Assembly (NCBI RefSeq): GCF_009914755.1
Contig: NC_060947.1
DNA: 64,000 bases
From: the human T2T-CHM13v2.0 reference genome, Homo sapiens
Reading direction: 5' to 3' (one strand)
Part shown: positions 17,729 to 34,700 of the stretch, piece after piece
How positions within the stretch are numbered: position 1 is the first letter of the stretch
How the letters are laid out: the number at the start of each line of letters is the position of its first letter
Made by a program: the position numbers and the translations under genes
The notes under the pieces: model-generated
What the model was told of the DNA's origin: nothing
Seen by the model: the letters and a program-made list of their open reading frames with translations, nothing else
Database searches by the model: none

Positions 17729-18070
17729 TGTTATGAACTGATTTGTGTCACACCCCTGCCTCAAATTCATATGATAAAGTCCTAATGCCCAGTATTTCAG
17801 AATGTGACCTTATTTTGAAATAGGGCTATCACAGATGTAATTAAGTTAAAACAAGGTGATGAGGGTGGATGAATGACCTCAGTCAATCCAACATGACTGG
17901 TATCCTTATGAAAAGGGGAAGTTTGGACACAGATACATGCTTAAAGAGATGATGCGAATAAATATAAGAAGAAGATGGCCAATAACCTTTCAAACATGAG
18001 ACAATAAATGTCTGTTGTTTAAGCCAATCAGTTGTGGTACTTTGTTATGTTAGCCCTAGCAAACTAATAC
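17729..18070 (+). mobile_element. MLT1 (MaLR) solo LTR
   Basis: TGTTATGAACTGATTTGTGTC...CAAATTCATATG...GTTGTTTAAGCCA...TGGTACTTTGTTATG...AAACTAATACA. Confidence 0.8.
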
Positions 18071-18747
18071 ACATAAGTACTGCAAGTAGCCTCACTTTAC
18101 AAGGGAAAAGACCAAAACACAGAGTGGTTAAAAAATGTACTCAGCATCACAGAGCCAGGATTGGAATCCAGGCAGTCCAACTCCAAAGTCTAAACTATTA
18201 ACCACTACCTCATACTGCCTTCCTTGCATAAACATATCTTGAACCTTATAACCCATTTTATATTTGACACATAACAGGTGTTATGCTCAGCACATGTCAT
18301 TATCCTTCCAATTTAGAAAACTATTGCTAAATTATGTACTATGAGACAGAGGTAAGCGGCCAAGTTGATCAGTAGACTATGAGTCTTTTGCAGACAGTGG
18401 CCAGGTCTTAATTTATTTGGAATCTCCTAGAGCTTACCAAATAAGACGCATCTCATATTAAGTGCTCAATTAAGTGCTCAATTAAGCATCTCATATTAAG
18501 TGCTGCCCTTGTTGTTATTAAGGGAATGTAAGTGACAGCTTGAAACTACCACTGTTGCATTGGTGATCTGTATATTAAATGAGCCAGTCATCACTATTGT
18601 AGAGATGGCTAATTAATTCAATAAGAATTAGATGGAGGATTCAGGAGAGTTTCTTGGACAAAAGATAAAACAATGCTTGGCTCCAAACTAAATAAGTCTC
18701 ATTTCATTCTAAAATACTTTTGGAAGAGAGGCCCAAGTCGAGGCTCA

Positions 18748-19206
<459 letters not shown>

Positions 19207-19229
19207 AGAAATCCACATATCCAATTGTT

Positions 19230-20310
<1,081 letters not shown>

Positions 20311-20687
20311 ATAGTATGTGCCAAACAGATGTCTGTCTGTTTAATAAATAGCTGGATTTTAAGAGGGAAAGGCCTTAATGTTGCTCAGAATCTGGTTCTC
20401 CTGGCCCATGGTAGCCAGGAATGTGAATATGTGCATGACTGTTTTACAGAGTTAGTGAAAATATGTGCTGCCTACTTGGAGAGCATAACTAAGAAAAAAT
20501 TAGTACTCATTGACTTCCTATCTTGGAGGCATACTCAAGAATAGTGAGCCACATCTTGGTAATGCTTCATATGTAGCATGCACTAGAAACCAGCAATATG
20601 GTAAAAGGGCTCATTATTGGTAGTGTTTTCCTGATAGAACCAAATTAGAGGCTGATTGCTTCAGGTTCCATCTAATTGGATTTGTAG

Positions 20688-21049
<362 letters not shown>

Positions 21050-23006
21050 TGTCAATTGTACCTTTTAAAAGGCTAAAGATATTGGTTGAACTCAAGAGTT
21101 AGAGCAGAAGCAGATATTTTGACAGGCAGAACGCTGAAATGGAGAAGTAAATTAGGATTGGGAATGTGGATAGATAGCAAAAAGTAAGGGCACTACCCTG
21201 AAGAAGGACGAGTGGTGGGTAGAGGTCCAAGCTTCAGGCCCTTGGTGATAGCTGGGGTCACTTGCTGCAGACCAGGTGAGAGTGGAATCACTACTGGGGA
21301 TGGAATTTGCAGAATCTCAGAAACTAGTCAGGTCAGAGATGCGACTACTGAGCAGCCATTGCATCAGTAGCACTAGTGTGAGGCAGAATCATTTGACTTG
21401 TTTTACATACCAACAGCAGAAAGGAAAACCTGTACCTGTGCCTGCATCTGTGTAAAGAGGATCCAAAGATAACCTGTTCCAAGGGGCAGGGATAAAAGAA
21501 CTTTGATGTTTTTGATTAAATTATTTTAGAACTCTATAAATGTCTGAAATATCAGATAAAGTATGTAAACTCACCCCTACTACAAGCAGGAGATAGTGAG
21601 GTAATATACTTAGGCTAGAGTTCTGGGAGCTGAGCCAAGAGGTCCGGGTTAGAGTGATGGAGAGCACAGTCCTGCTCAGTAACAGATATATCTTGGGGTA
21701 TGATAAAAACAGTCCTTTCGCTGGTTCAAAACATGTTCTGTGATAGGAACTCCTAAATAAATTGACTGTTTCCTGTGTACAAAACTGGCAATAAACATAT
21801 CACCAGTCTCCTCTTAAAACCAGTAACTCCTCTCTTTTATTATAAGCAGATCATCATTCCATCTGAGCAATATATTATGACAGTCAAAGGAACCCATCAT
21901 GTACTAGTGATATAGTCAAACTTAGAACATAAAAGTTAACCTAACACATGTTTACTGATACATACAATTGCTATCTTGCTTTACAGTAACTAGTCATAAA
22001 TAGTAAGGAAGGTTTAAAAACCAATGAAAAATTCAACTTTTTAATTTTACACTAGGTCCCAAAGGGGCAAATCTCCTTCTCAGAAACTATCCACTCAGAT
22101 TTGTATAGCTGTAAAAGGCTTTTTGAGGATTAGATTAGGCTCTCACCTTGAGAAAGTAGAGATGTGAGATTAAAAAATCCATTTGGTTTAGGGAAGAGGT
22201 TAACAGCATGAGGCCAAGACCTCACAGTGGTCAAAGGAATTTGTGTTACTTCTTTTTGTTGAGATTCTCATAATATTTTTTAAATGAATTATCAAAAATA
22301 GTGTCTTCAAAATTGTGGCATATTTTAAATTTTCACACTAAACAAAACAACATTTTTTTAACAAGCACACATAATAGAATTCTATTTACAAGATGATAAA
22401 AATATTCTTATATATAAATATAAATGTCATAATGTGCTGTAGAAGTACGTGTAGTCCAATCATAGGCTCCACGTTTGAATTTGTATGATGAAATATTCTT
22501 TCAGAAAAAAAGAAATATTATTTCAATGTTGTGATTTGGCAATAAAGGCGAAGTTTAAATTTAGTAACTTTTGGGAATTTGAGGCCTTGACCAAGTGATT
22601 TTTCAGGACCCATCTGTGATAGTCCATGAAAGAAACCTCTTTTGAGGCCTCTCTGAGGAGTAGAGTATCATTAAACACAGATGATTAGTGGCCAATTATG
22701 ACAGTTTCTCCAGCAGGAGGGGTCTGTGCGGGCATAGAGACTATTAAAATCAAGAGGTTCTGAGCCCTAAATATTAGCAACTGGGAATGGGCCATTGCTA
22801 AAGCGCCAGGCTTGTTTCTTGACCTATACTAAAAATAACTTCCATAAATGGAAAAAATGAAAATAAAAGTGCTTCTTAGCTATCACGAGGCTAGTGTCCA
22901 GAAATATTCAGATAGGGACCAGTGCTGAAGATGCCTGCTGACCCCTATCCTCTCCCCAATGTCCTCACCTTCTCCCACTTTTTCCCATCCTTGCCCCCCT
23001 ACTTCA

Positions 23007-23216
<210 letters not shown>

Positions 23217-23562
23217 CTAACTCTGAACATTGGGGGGCAGTAGAGATTACAATCTGGTATGTACTTGGCTATAAAACAGGGATAATAACTCAGTTCCTAT
23301 TCAGGGTAAAATAGGAATCTCAACGTTGTACTGAGGAGTAAATGAAGTAATGCATGTATAGTGCTAATTTGATAGCTATTATTATTAGATGCTTTCATAA
23401 AATGGAGATGTAAAAAATTAAAGATAGAAAATATTCCTTGCGCTAAAGATCTACAAAATGTACTTCCTGTGGATCACTTGTCGGTTTATAACACCTGTAG
23501 AGCAATAATAGAATAACAGAATATATATTCCTATTCCCTAAAGAGCAAGACCTAGGCCATTA

Positions 23563-24126
<564 letters not shown>

Positions 24127-24768
24127 TGAAGTTTTAAGTGCTGTCATAGACTCTTAATTCTTTGAGAGGCACTTCTTTTTCACAAAAAAAGTGCTATTAT
24201 TCACATAAGCCTTTTATTTTATCAAATGTGTTCATGTTTCTCTCACAAATGTGTATTATACAATTCTCATGTTTTTATTCTGTGCTTTGTCATAGTTTAT
24301 ATAGTTATCTGAATAAAGAATCTGACATTTTGGGTTTCCATTTTTAATATACTAATTTATATTCTCGGCAAAATAATTTAAGTTAAATTATACTTCCTTA
24401 CTTGCACATAAGCATAATAAGCCATATTGATTATTTCATGGAAAAAATAAATCTGTGCATTTCTGGAGCTCTAAAATGGGAAAAAATAATACTGGCTGGA
24501 ATCATCAGAACTAGTTCTGAAGTAAACTTTAAATTAAAAAATAGTTCTACAGCAAATGGCTTTTTTTGGTCACCTTGGAAAAGTGCCTCCTGTTTTATTC
24601 CTACTTCGGTCATGATTAGAGGCGCCTCCCCTGGCCTTATTCCAACACAGAGTGGCCAAGGACAAATATGAACATGCAAAAAGGATTTTCATTTGGCAAA
24701 ACTTGTTTATAATAGTTCCTTATCCAGACCTCTAGGGTTCATTTCTGAGGATCCATGTCATGTCCTAT

Positions 24769-26448
24769 TGTGTCAGGAATTGGTGGGTTCTTGGTCTCAC
24801 TGACTTCAAGAATGAAGCTGCGGACCCTCGCGGTGAGTGTTACACTTCTTAAAGGCAGCGTGTCAGGAGTTTGTTCCTTCTGATGTTCGAATGTGTTCGG
24901 AGTTTCTTCCTTCTGGTGGGTTCACGGTCTCGCTGGCCCAGGAGTGAAGCTGTAGACCTTCGCAGTGAGTGTTACAGCTCTTAATGTGACACATCTGGAG
25001 TTGTTCGTTCCTCCCCGGTGGGTTCGTGGTCTCGCTGGCTTCCGTAGTGAAGCTGCAGACCTTCACGAGTGTCACAGCTCATAAAGGCAGTGTGGACCCA
25101 AAGAGTGAGCAGCAGCAAGATTTATTGCAAAGAGCAAAAGAACAAACCTTCCACAGTTTGGAAGGGGACCGGAGGGGGTTGCCACTGCTGGCTCGGGCAG
25201 CCTGCCTTTATTCTCTTATCTGGCCCCACCCACATCCTGCTGATTGGTCCATTTTACAGAGATCCGATTGGTCTGTTTTACAGGGAGCCGATTGGTCCGT
25301 TTTGACAGGGTGCTGATTGGTGCGTTTACAATCCCTGAGCTAGACACAAAAGTTCTCCACCTCCCCACTAGATTAGCTAGATACAGTGTGTCCACTGGTG
25401 TATTTACAAACCCTGAGCTAGACACAGGGTGCCGATTGGTGTGATTACAAACCTTGAGCTAGATACAGAGTGCTGATTGGTGTATTTACAATCCCTTAGC
25501 TAGACATAAAGATTCTGCAAGTCCCCACTAGATAGCTAGACACAGAGCGCAGATTGGTGCATTTACAAACCTTGAGCTAGACACAGAGTGCTGATTGGTG
25601 CATTTACAAACCTTGAGCTCGATAGAGAGTGCCGATTGGTGTATTCACAATCCCTTATCTAGACATAAAGATTCTCCAAGTCCCCACCAGATTCGCTAGA
25701 TACAGAGTGCCCATTGATGCATCCACAAACCCTGAGCTAGACACAGGGCGCTGATTGGTGTGTCCACAAACCCTGAGCTAGACACAGAGTGCTGATTGGT
25801 GCATTTACAATCCCCCAGCTAGACATAAAGGTTCTCCAAGCTCCCAGTAGACTCAGGAGCCCAGCTGGCTTCACCCAGTGGATCTAGCAGCAGGGTGCAG
25901 GTGAAGCTGCCTGCCAGTCCCACATGGTGGGCCTGCACTCCTCAGCCCTTGGGCGGTCGATGGGACTGGGCACGGTGGAGCAGGGGGCGGCGCTCGTTGG
26001 GGAGGCTTGGGCCGCGCAGGAGCCCACCGTGGGGGCAGGGCATGGCGGGCTGCAGGTCCAGAACCCTGCCCCCGGGGAGGCAGCTAAGGCCGGGCGAGAA
26101 ATCGAGCACAGCAGCTATTGGCCCAGGTGCTAAGCCCCTCACTGCCAGGGGCTAGCGGGGCTGGCCGGCGGCTCCGAGTGCGGGGCCAGCCCAGCCCACG
26201 CCCACCCGGAATTCTAGCTGGCCCGCAAGCGCCGTGTGCAGTCCCGGTTCCCGCCTGTGCCTCTCCCTCCACACCTCCCGGCAGGCTGAGGGAGCTGGCT
26301 CTGGCCTCAGCCATCCCAGGAAGGGGCTCCCACAGTGCAGCAGCAGGCTGAAGGGCTCCTCAAGTGCGGCCAGAGTGGGCACGGAGGCCAGGGAGGCGCC
26401 AAGAGCGAGCCAGGGCTGCGAGGGCTGCCAGCAGGCTGTCACCTCTCA
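24769..26448 (-). mobile_element. LTR12 (LTR12C-like) ERV9 solo LTR
   Basis: Minus-strand start TGAGAGGTGACAGCCTGCTGGCAGCCCTCGCAGCCCT, CpG-rich U3, tandem CCAAT units, TG...CA termini, 4-bp TSD CTAT (24765-24768, 26449-26452). Confidence 0.96.
25238..25830 (-). repeat. LTR12 U3 tandem enhancer repeats (~41-bp units with NF-Y CCAAT boxes)
   Basis: About 11 copies of GATTGGT, mostly in units like GCTGATTGGTGCATTTACAAACCTTGAGCTAGACACAGAGT. Confidence 0.92.
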
Positions 26449-27259
26449 CTATGGTCCATGTTCTTTGAACCCCGCTACAATCAAAACAACTGAAAGGAGT
26501 GATATGTTATGTGATCTTGGCAAACTCACTTAACTTCTCTCTGCCTCAATTTTCTCCTCTGTAAAATGGGGATAATGGTACTCATAGGAATTAAATAGCT
26601 TACTACATGTGAAGCACCTAGAACAATGACTGGCACACAGCAAGCACACTATTCACGTTAGTTATTATTACAGAAATGTAGACTAATTTCAGCCTCAAAC
26701 TCTTACTCCAATTATCATTAATAGGAATAAATAACTTACTACAATCTAACCTACCCCCAATACTATGGCCCCTTGCCATCCCAGCACATTCAGAGCTTTG
26801 TAGATCAGAGAAATCAGACATGAACACTGCAATAAAAAGCAAATGAGGATATCATTTAGTTAGCCAGTCGGTGAATTTAGCAAATATTTATTGAGCAACT
26901 ACTCTCTTTCAAACAATGGATCACATTTGTGGGTAAAGTTCACCTAGATTCTGCCTTCACAGTAAGGATTCTAGTGGGAGAGATAGGCATAGAAAAAATA
27001 ATCACACAAATACATAACATACCTAATTACAAAATGTGATTATTATTACTAAGCCAAATTTCTAAGCAGAGAGAAAGATGTAGCCAGGATTTGTGTACTT
27101 TGCCTTGCAAAGCATTGTCTTGAGCAAGTGGCAAATCCTGGCTGGGGAGACTCATCTCTAGGGAGAAAAGCACAAGCTATTTCTGAAGGCTTTTTTGTTG
27201 TTGTTTTTTGTAGATCACATTAAGAGATTTTAGTTTTTATCTTACACCTGTTTGTTATT

Positions 27260-27401
27260 TTTTTGTCTTTTTTTTTCTTTTTGTGGAGAATGGGGTCTCA
27301 CTATATTGTCCAGGCAGGTCTTGAACTCCTGGGCTCAAGCTATCCTCCTGCCTCTGCCTCCCTAAGTGCTGGGATTACAGGAGTAAGCCATGGCGTCTGG
27401 C
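27260..27401 (-). mobile_element. FLAM-type Alu monomer
   Basis: Single left-arm monomer with T tail. Confidence 0.88.
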
Positions 27402-28068
27402 TTAGTTTTTATCTTGAGGGCAATGAGACACCTTTGAGAAATTTCTGATTTTGGAATGGTAAATTTTAGCTGCAGTGCATGAGGGCAGAAACGGTTAGGG
27501 AGACCAATTAGGAGGTCATTTAGATAGTGCAGGTAAGAAATGTTATGGTGGGTCTTGTTACTAGTATTACATACTTGTGCTCCTTGAGTATTCTTTCCTG
27601 AAGCTGATATGACCTAGGTAAATGAACAGTATGATAAGATGTTGCTTTAAAAACAGTTCATCTTGTTTTATCTAATTATATCAAAACTACAAATTTGTCA
27701 TAGAAAATTTGAAAAACAAAGAAGTATAATAAAGGAAATAAAAACCACCATAATCCTTCAGCTACCTACAACTACAGTACTATGTCCAACTTGATTTTTT
27801 TATTATAAAAGCAATACATGATCTTTATAGAAAAATTTTTAAGTAAGATAAAATTTTCTTATAATCCTACTAGCTATCCTTTGTTTTAATGCTAAACTGT
27901 GTTTGTTTCTGTGGCAAAGTTGAATGGCATGTGTGTCGGTCTAATAAAATGTAAATGATAGTGTAACTATACTATGTCCTGTTTTTACACTTAATATTAT
28001 TATACAAATATTTTCTGTAGTGATTGAGAATTCTTGAAAAACTTAAATTTTAATGGCTATATAATGTC

Positions 28069-28475
28069 TATCTCTTACTCTGTTCCTGCTCTTATAACAA
28101 AATACCCCAGACCTGGTAATTTATACATAAAATAAATTTATTTACCACAGTTCTGGAGATTGGAAGGTCCAAAATCAATGTGCCAGCAGATTTGGTGTCT
28201 GGTGAGGGCTCACTGCTTCCAAGATGGTGCCTTGTTGCTGCATCCTCCAGAGGGGATGAACACTGCCTCCTCACATGTAGGAAGGGACAGATGGGTAAAA
28301 AGGGGTGAACTCGTTCCCTGAAGCCCTTTTATAAGGACACTATTCTCATCTTTGCAGGTGGAGCCCTCATAACCTAATCACCTTCCAAAAGGCCCTACCT
28401 CTTAATACCATCACATTGGGAGTTAAGATTTCAACATATGAATTTGAAGGGCACACATATACTTAGACCCTAGCA
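28069..28475 (-). mobile_element. MST/MLT1A-type MaLR solo LTR inside an old L1M fragment
   Basis: ATAACAAAATACC...CACAGTTCTGGAG...GCAGATTTGGTGTCTGGTGAGGGC...TTTCAACATATGAATTT. Confidence 0.85.
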
Positions 28476-30666
28476 GTGCATCAATCATATGGGTGTACTA
28501 TAATTTAGTTACCCAATATCTTATTATTAAACATTTAGATCTTTTCAATTTTTTCATTATTATATTTAAATCTGGGGTGACCGTCCTTTGTTTCCATCTC
28601 TGGCTTTCTGGTAATAGAGACATTTATTCTCACCCTTGCACTTGTTTACCTGGTAAACTATATGGTAAAGCACCTTGGTCTCTGTGAGATGGCATCCCTG
28701 GCCTAGGGGTCTTTATTATTTTTCTCTGATCAACCAACTAATAGGTGGTAAGGGGGTATGACAACTATGTTATGCAAGAGATAGATTATGCAATCAGGCA
28801 AATTTATGGGAGAGGACAGAAGGTGAGACCTTTGAGGGATCATGACATAGAAGGAATAGACTTGTTCTATGTTTCTCCAGGGATGAGTCACAGGACCAAT
28901 AGGTGGAAATATCAAAGAGGCATATTTCAGTTCAACAAAATAATAGCAAAAATTTATACAGTGCTTAGTCTGTGGCAAGTACTCCTCTAAGCATGTTTAT
29001 GTACATGTATTAAGTTAATTCTCTCAATATCCTGTGTGGTAAGTACTATCATTATGCTCACTTTACAAAGGAGGAAGCCAAGGCCCAGATAGGTTAAGTA
29101 ACTTGTCCTAGGTCACACAGTTAGTAAGTGGCGAAGTCAGTATTCACATCCAGGCATTTGCAGCTCTAAATTATTCCATTCTACAAACTTTTATTACTTG
29201 TCATATGACAGGCAGTGTGTTCAGAGTTGAAAGCATAAAGATGATTGAACTACTATTAGACTCCTGGCCTCAAGGAGCTGACAGTCAAATGGATAAGACT
29301 GCCACATAAAAAGAGAGGTATACTACATTGCAGTGAGCCCTCTGAGAGAAATATGTCAGAGTGCTGTAAGAGTCAGAAGAGGGCCCATTAGCCCAAACTG
29401 GAGGTTCAAGGAAGAAGAGTAGAAGGCTTCACCTAGGCTCAGTGGAAAAATGCCATGTTCTGTTCACAATTCTGCCATGGGCACAGGAGGAGGGGGCAAG
29501 GTTGCTTCATATTTATTGATTTCGGGGTTAGACTCTCCTCTAGATCTAGGTGTCTAAATAAGGGAACTCCTGAATTGGGAGTAGAATTTAATTCAATCAT
29601 GGTTTGCTAAAGTTCAATTATTTATGTTTTAACTTCATGATTTAGACCATATCTGAGTACTACCTATATCATTATTTACTTAATATGCTTCTTTAAATAC
29701 ACTGACATGTTTTACTTAAGTAAATTTCATCAAAAATAGCATTACCATAAATGGAAAGCTAGTTTTACTCTCCATAAATAGAAGGTAACCATACAGATAA
29801 ATATATACTATTAGAAAATATTTATCTATGTACCACCTAAATCACCTGGTATGAATGCCACTGGATGAAATAACCTCTTTGAGTCCTTCCTACACCAACA
29901 TTCTGTGATTGGGTGACTAAATCTTGCTAGTATGTATGTATGCATTGTTTTATTTTCAGTATATTTGTGTATATTCTCCCCACTTGTTCACATACTCCTG
30001 GCCATTTAGTTGTGTGTTTATATCATGTAAACAGGTATCGTTGCTTATATCCCCATAACATACTAATTAGACTCTTATCTTGGATCAAATAATTTATTTC
30101 ACCTTAGGAAGTAAATCACTACTGCTAATCTGCCTGGCTTACTCTTTTAAATACCCTGCTGGCCTGACTTGAGAAGGGAATATCCTGTTATTGTGGCTCC
30201 AGGGTAAACTGCTCCAACTATATTTGTGGTATTGACTTGAGAGAAAAGGACTACCACAATGCAAGGCCATTTGGGCAAACAAAGGACAGAGGAAATGAAA
30301 AATGAGGCTGCAGTACTTCAATAGGTGTATTGGCAGAAAGGTTTTAAGAAAGCACCAAAGACATCCTCCCCACCCTCTTTATTCTCTCCCTTTTACTTTC
30401 TGAGGGAAGTGATAAGACTGCAATGGGAAGAAGGGTGAAGGCCAATCTCCTGTTGGCTTAGGGGACAGTGAAAGATGGATACCACCCCTCTGTTGGGGAA
30501 GTGAGAGCTGCTTGTGGTAAGTAACACAAGGATGATAAGCATGAGCTTGCCTTTGGGGGCCTTCAGAGCCCTGGCGCCTCTCTGGATTAGCTCAGTGATA
30601 AAAAAGTTCCTGTTCTATTTATGCATTTCCTTAGACAATCTCATATATTTATTTGTTTAATATTAA

Positions 30667-30973
<307 letters not shown>

Positions 30974-31204
30974 TGCAAGTCTTTTTCTTGTATACACAAT
31001 AGACTCTTGCCCTGACTCAGGAATATACACTTTGGGGACAAGGCCAAGGATGTTATCCCTTTTCTGCAGGTGCAGTTTTTCTGGTTTGACTTGATTGTTG
31101 ATTATAAAGTCTCTTCCCTCTTCCCTCCTCCAATTTATGGGTGTGGTGGTATCTAGGGTCTAAAATGGAGTTAAAAACCCATACATACTCAACCCCCTAG
31201 CCCC

Positions 31205-31206
<2 letters not shown>

Positions 31207-31249
<43 letters not shown>
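31207..31249. repeat. (CA)n microsatellite, ~21 units
   Basis: Perfect AC run visible in the sequence. Confidence 0.98.
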
Positions 31250-31254
<5 letters not shown>

Positions 31255-31631
31255 CAAGCTCCTTGCTCATAAAGATAGCAGCCTGAGGCACAACTAAATT
31301 TATAGGACTCAGCAGGCCTGCTAGAGCTTGTCTGGGATGGTGCGGTGCCAGAATTTCAAACCCTGGCCACATGTTTCTGGCCCATTGGCCATTCCTAAAC
31401 CAAATTTAATCATGCCTCTGAATGTCTCAAGCAAGCAGTTTAGTTGCTGATTTTTATAAACTGGTTTATTTATACATACAGTGGCAAGGGTTATGGGGAA
31501 CACAGGAGCATGTTCTCAATATCTATGACCAGAAAGAGACTCAACCTAAAGCTGGTAGTTTTCACAGTTGCCATTGCTATGAATATTAGTTAACCTTTAT
31601 TGAGAGCTTTCTTTGTGCCAGACACTGTGCT

Positions 31632-31798
31632 TTGTAGGCTATAATCTCATTGGCGGCCAATCTAGGTTTTGTGGGGCTGGAAGCTTATACCACTTTGGGG
31701 ACCATCTTTAAGAAAAACACAATGTTTGATCCCTTCTGGAGTCTTGGAAAGGGGCGTAAAGCTTAAGCTTCATTAATTTTACTGTAAAGCCACCTCTG
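31632..31798. mobile_element. MER53-like hAT MITE inside a MIR
   Basis: AGGTTTTGTGGGGCTGGAAGCTTATACCACTTTGGGGACCATCTTTAAGAAAAA resembles the recalled MER53 start. Confidence 0.6.
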
Positions 31799-34700
31799 CA
31801 TCTTATTTAATCTTTTTGACAATTCTGTGAAGTAATATCTTTAAAAGAAATAGGTGAGGAAATGTTTAGAGATGTGAAGGCACTTGCCCAGGGTTGCACA
31901 GTTTGCAATCTAAATCATTGTTTTATCCCCGCAATCTCCTTCCAGGCTTTCTTCTCTCAGCTAACTAGATTTCCTTCTCCAAAATATCTTTATCCTTTGC
32001 TGGCAGTAACCTTAGTGCTGTCCTCTGGGACATGTGAGGAACTTAACACTGGTTCAACATTAGCGGAGGGGCAAAAGGTCTCCTTCTAGCTGAGCTCGCA
32101 GAAGGAATATGCTCTCTGGGGAACTGTGGAATAAGAAGAAAAGTGGGTGAGGAGGACAATTTTGTTCCCACTAGGTCTGAACTATGCCCTGGTTTTAGCT
32201 ACATTTTTGTTGTTCCACAAACAACAGTGATTTAATGAATGCAGATTTTTCTGTTTGTATATTGCTTGACTTCCCTTTCATTCCCCAGCCCAGCTTTACC
32301 CAGCTGAGGTCCTAACTCCCCTCCCATCTACCCACCCTTCCTCACTTTGCCCTATTCTGCCCCACCTTCCTGTCAGGCCCAGCTTCTCAAGCCTTCTTTT
32401 TTTTATTGTTGTTGTTCTACTGGGAGCAGAGAGGGTGGAGTCCTCTTACTGAGGCTTTTCCTCCTCCCTTCCCTCCAGCCCTCAGACTGGGCTCCACCCT
32501 GGTAGTTTGTCAGCTGGCTTTCAGGAGGAGGAGAAGCGGGATGATGAAGAGGAGAAAGAGAAGAAGGGAAGAACAGCATATGTGGGCCCAGAATCGTGTC
32601 TGCATATTTCTCAGCTGCTTTTCATTAGGTTCCACACTTAATTTAACACTCCTCATCTGATTACTTGGATATATAGAGGAAAGCACAGGCTGCTTCTTCA
32701 AGCAGTCTCCCTCACGCATAAGGTGGGATGGAAGGAGTTGAAAATATCGCAGGTTGCTATTTGGTTCATGTTTATTCTAGCCAGCTAAAGAAAGGAGAGC
32801 CTGAGGTGTTTCCTAGACGGACAGGGAAATTTATCAAAACTTCTAGTTCCCCATACCTGCTCCCTCACACCCTTTCGTGTGACATAGACAACACCAACCA
32901 CATGCTGATTATTTCTATGTGTCAAGAGTAAAAGAATATAAAGGCAAACTCCTGCCTTTGACATTAACTGTGGTCATGGGTTTCATAGTTCCCTGTGAAC
33001 CATCTTTGGGTCCTAATTTGAGTGAGACAGAGGCCATCTCTAAAGGACTTGAAGGGGAAATGTGGACTAATAGGCTGTGTGCGTACAGTGAAATTGAGGG
33101 TTCATCCACTGGAGCCTCTTAGAATGGATGTTCTCATTCCACCGCCCCCCAACACCTAGCATTGTTCTTGATAAAGCACAGGTGCTCAATACATTTTATT
33201 GACTGAATAGATGAAAGAACAGATGGGAAAGGATCTTGGGTTTGTTTTTCCAAGTTTCAATAACTTCAAGTTTTCCAAAAACTGAATTTGCCATCTAAGG
33301 TCTAAGTTTTCCCCACAAATAAAGTTGAGGCAGTATTTCTAAAACAAACAAAAAGCTAGAGCTTAAAATAAATTTGTCAACAATAAAGACTTTTAATAAA
33401 ATATAAACTGTTAAGCTATCTGTGTATGGATCGACCTTCTTGAAAAGCTATTTCAGACTGAAAAAGTAACTCGATGACCTTAAGGCACACCCACTGTATT
33501 CAGGGCTAGTAGTGGCTACTCTTTTCAAAATGTTACTTCAGCAATCTACTCATTTTCATCTGCACATCACAAAAATGCATTTATTATTGATATAAACTGC
33601 TTAATGTCTTTCACACACTTGAATCTAAGAGAAAACTTTTCAGCATTGCTCAAAACAGTGCTGTAGTGGTAAGAATCCTATATTGGATAATACTCCCCAA
33701 ATTTTATACATTGAGAAACAAAGCCTCCAAGGAATAAAGTAAATTTTTTAAATGAAGGCATAGAGAGTTGTACACTTCTCTGTATGATTCCATCTCAATA
33801 TATCTTACCTTGTAAGCTTGGCAGGGGTGCAGGTCGTGGTGAAGAGATATAGTGAGATAGAGAGTTATTTATGAAACCCCTACTACAGGGACATTCTTTT
33901 ATGAAACAAATACATATGCATGTGTATTTATTTAACCTGTCACTAAGTTTCCACATCTGTAAAATGGGGATAGCAATGTCTACCCATAGGATTGTCAGAA
34001 GGATTCAATGAGTTAATATACATAAGAGGCTTACAACAGAGTTTAGTACATAGTTAATGCTCAATAACTATTATTATTGTTAATAATAATATAACTTGGC
34101 ATCCAAGTTACAGAAATGAGATCGCCTGGTGCTTCAGCTCAAGGACTTTATAGTTTAGTAGGGGGAGGCAATTATACCAACAAATATGTGCCCCGAGGTA
34201 GAGAAGGGCACAGAGGAAGCAATGGTCAGTTTTTCCTGAAGAAATTAAGTAAGGAGGGGAGATGACCTTGAGTTAGTCCTTTCAAGAAAGTGGACAGATT
34301 CATTGGAAGGACATGCAAGAAAAAAAAAGGTGGACAGAGAGCTTAGTCTATTTCAGTCAGAGAAAGTAAAGCAACCCAAGGCATAGAGATTGGAAACAGC
34401 TTGGAATTCCCAGGGATTTGTAATCCAGGTAAAGCCCAGGAGAACAGCAAAATCTCTGCTGCTTGAGAGGCAGACAAAGGCCAGATCACAGCAGGTTAAA
34501 GGATGAGTTCCAGGGTGCTGCCTTGGATGTATGGTGGTGCCATTCAGGTAGTTGGTGAACTACAGGAGGAAGAACAGAGTGTTTTGGGGAAAGGAAGGTA
34601 GATGAGATGCACAGAAGACATTCAGGCAGAAATATCAACTAAGTAAGTAGACCTATGTGTTCGAAAGTACTGGGCTGAGGCCTTCCGTTTCCTTATTTTT

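Noticed and set aside
25238-25830. Regularly spaced ~41-bp repeats resembling a CRISPR array
   Set aside because: The spacers are not unique, there are no cas genes, the context is eukaryotic, and this is the known LTR12 U3 enhancer array.
25850-26448. CpG island with overlapping ORFs as a gene promoter or first exon
   Set aside because: Entirely within the LTR12 U3; the ORFs are by-products of high GC content.
32406-32720. Purine-rich stretch giving Arg/Lys/Glu-rich ORFs
   Set aside because: Low complexity, no recognisable protein family or convincing exon structure; a regulatory role cannot be judged from sequence.
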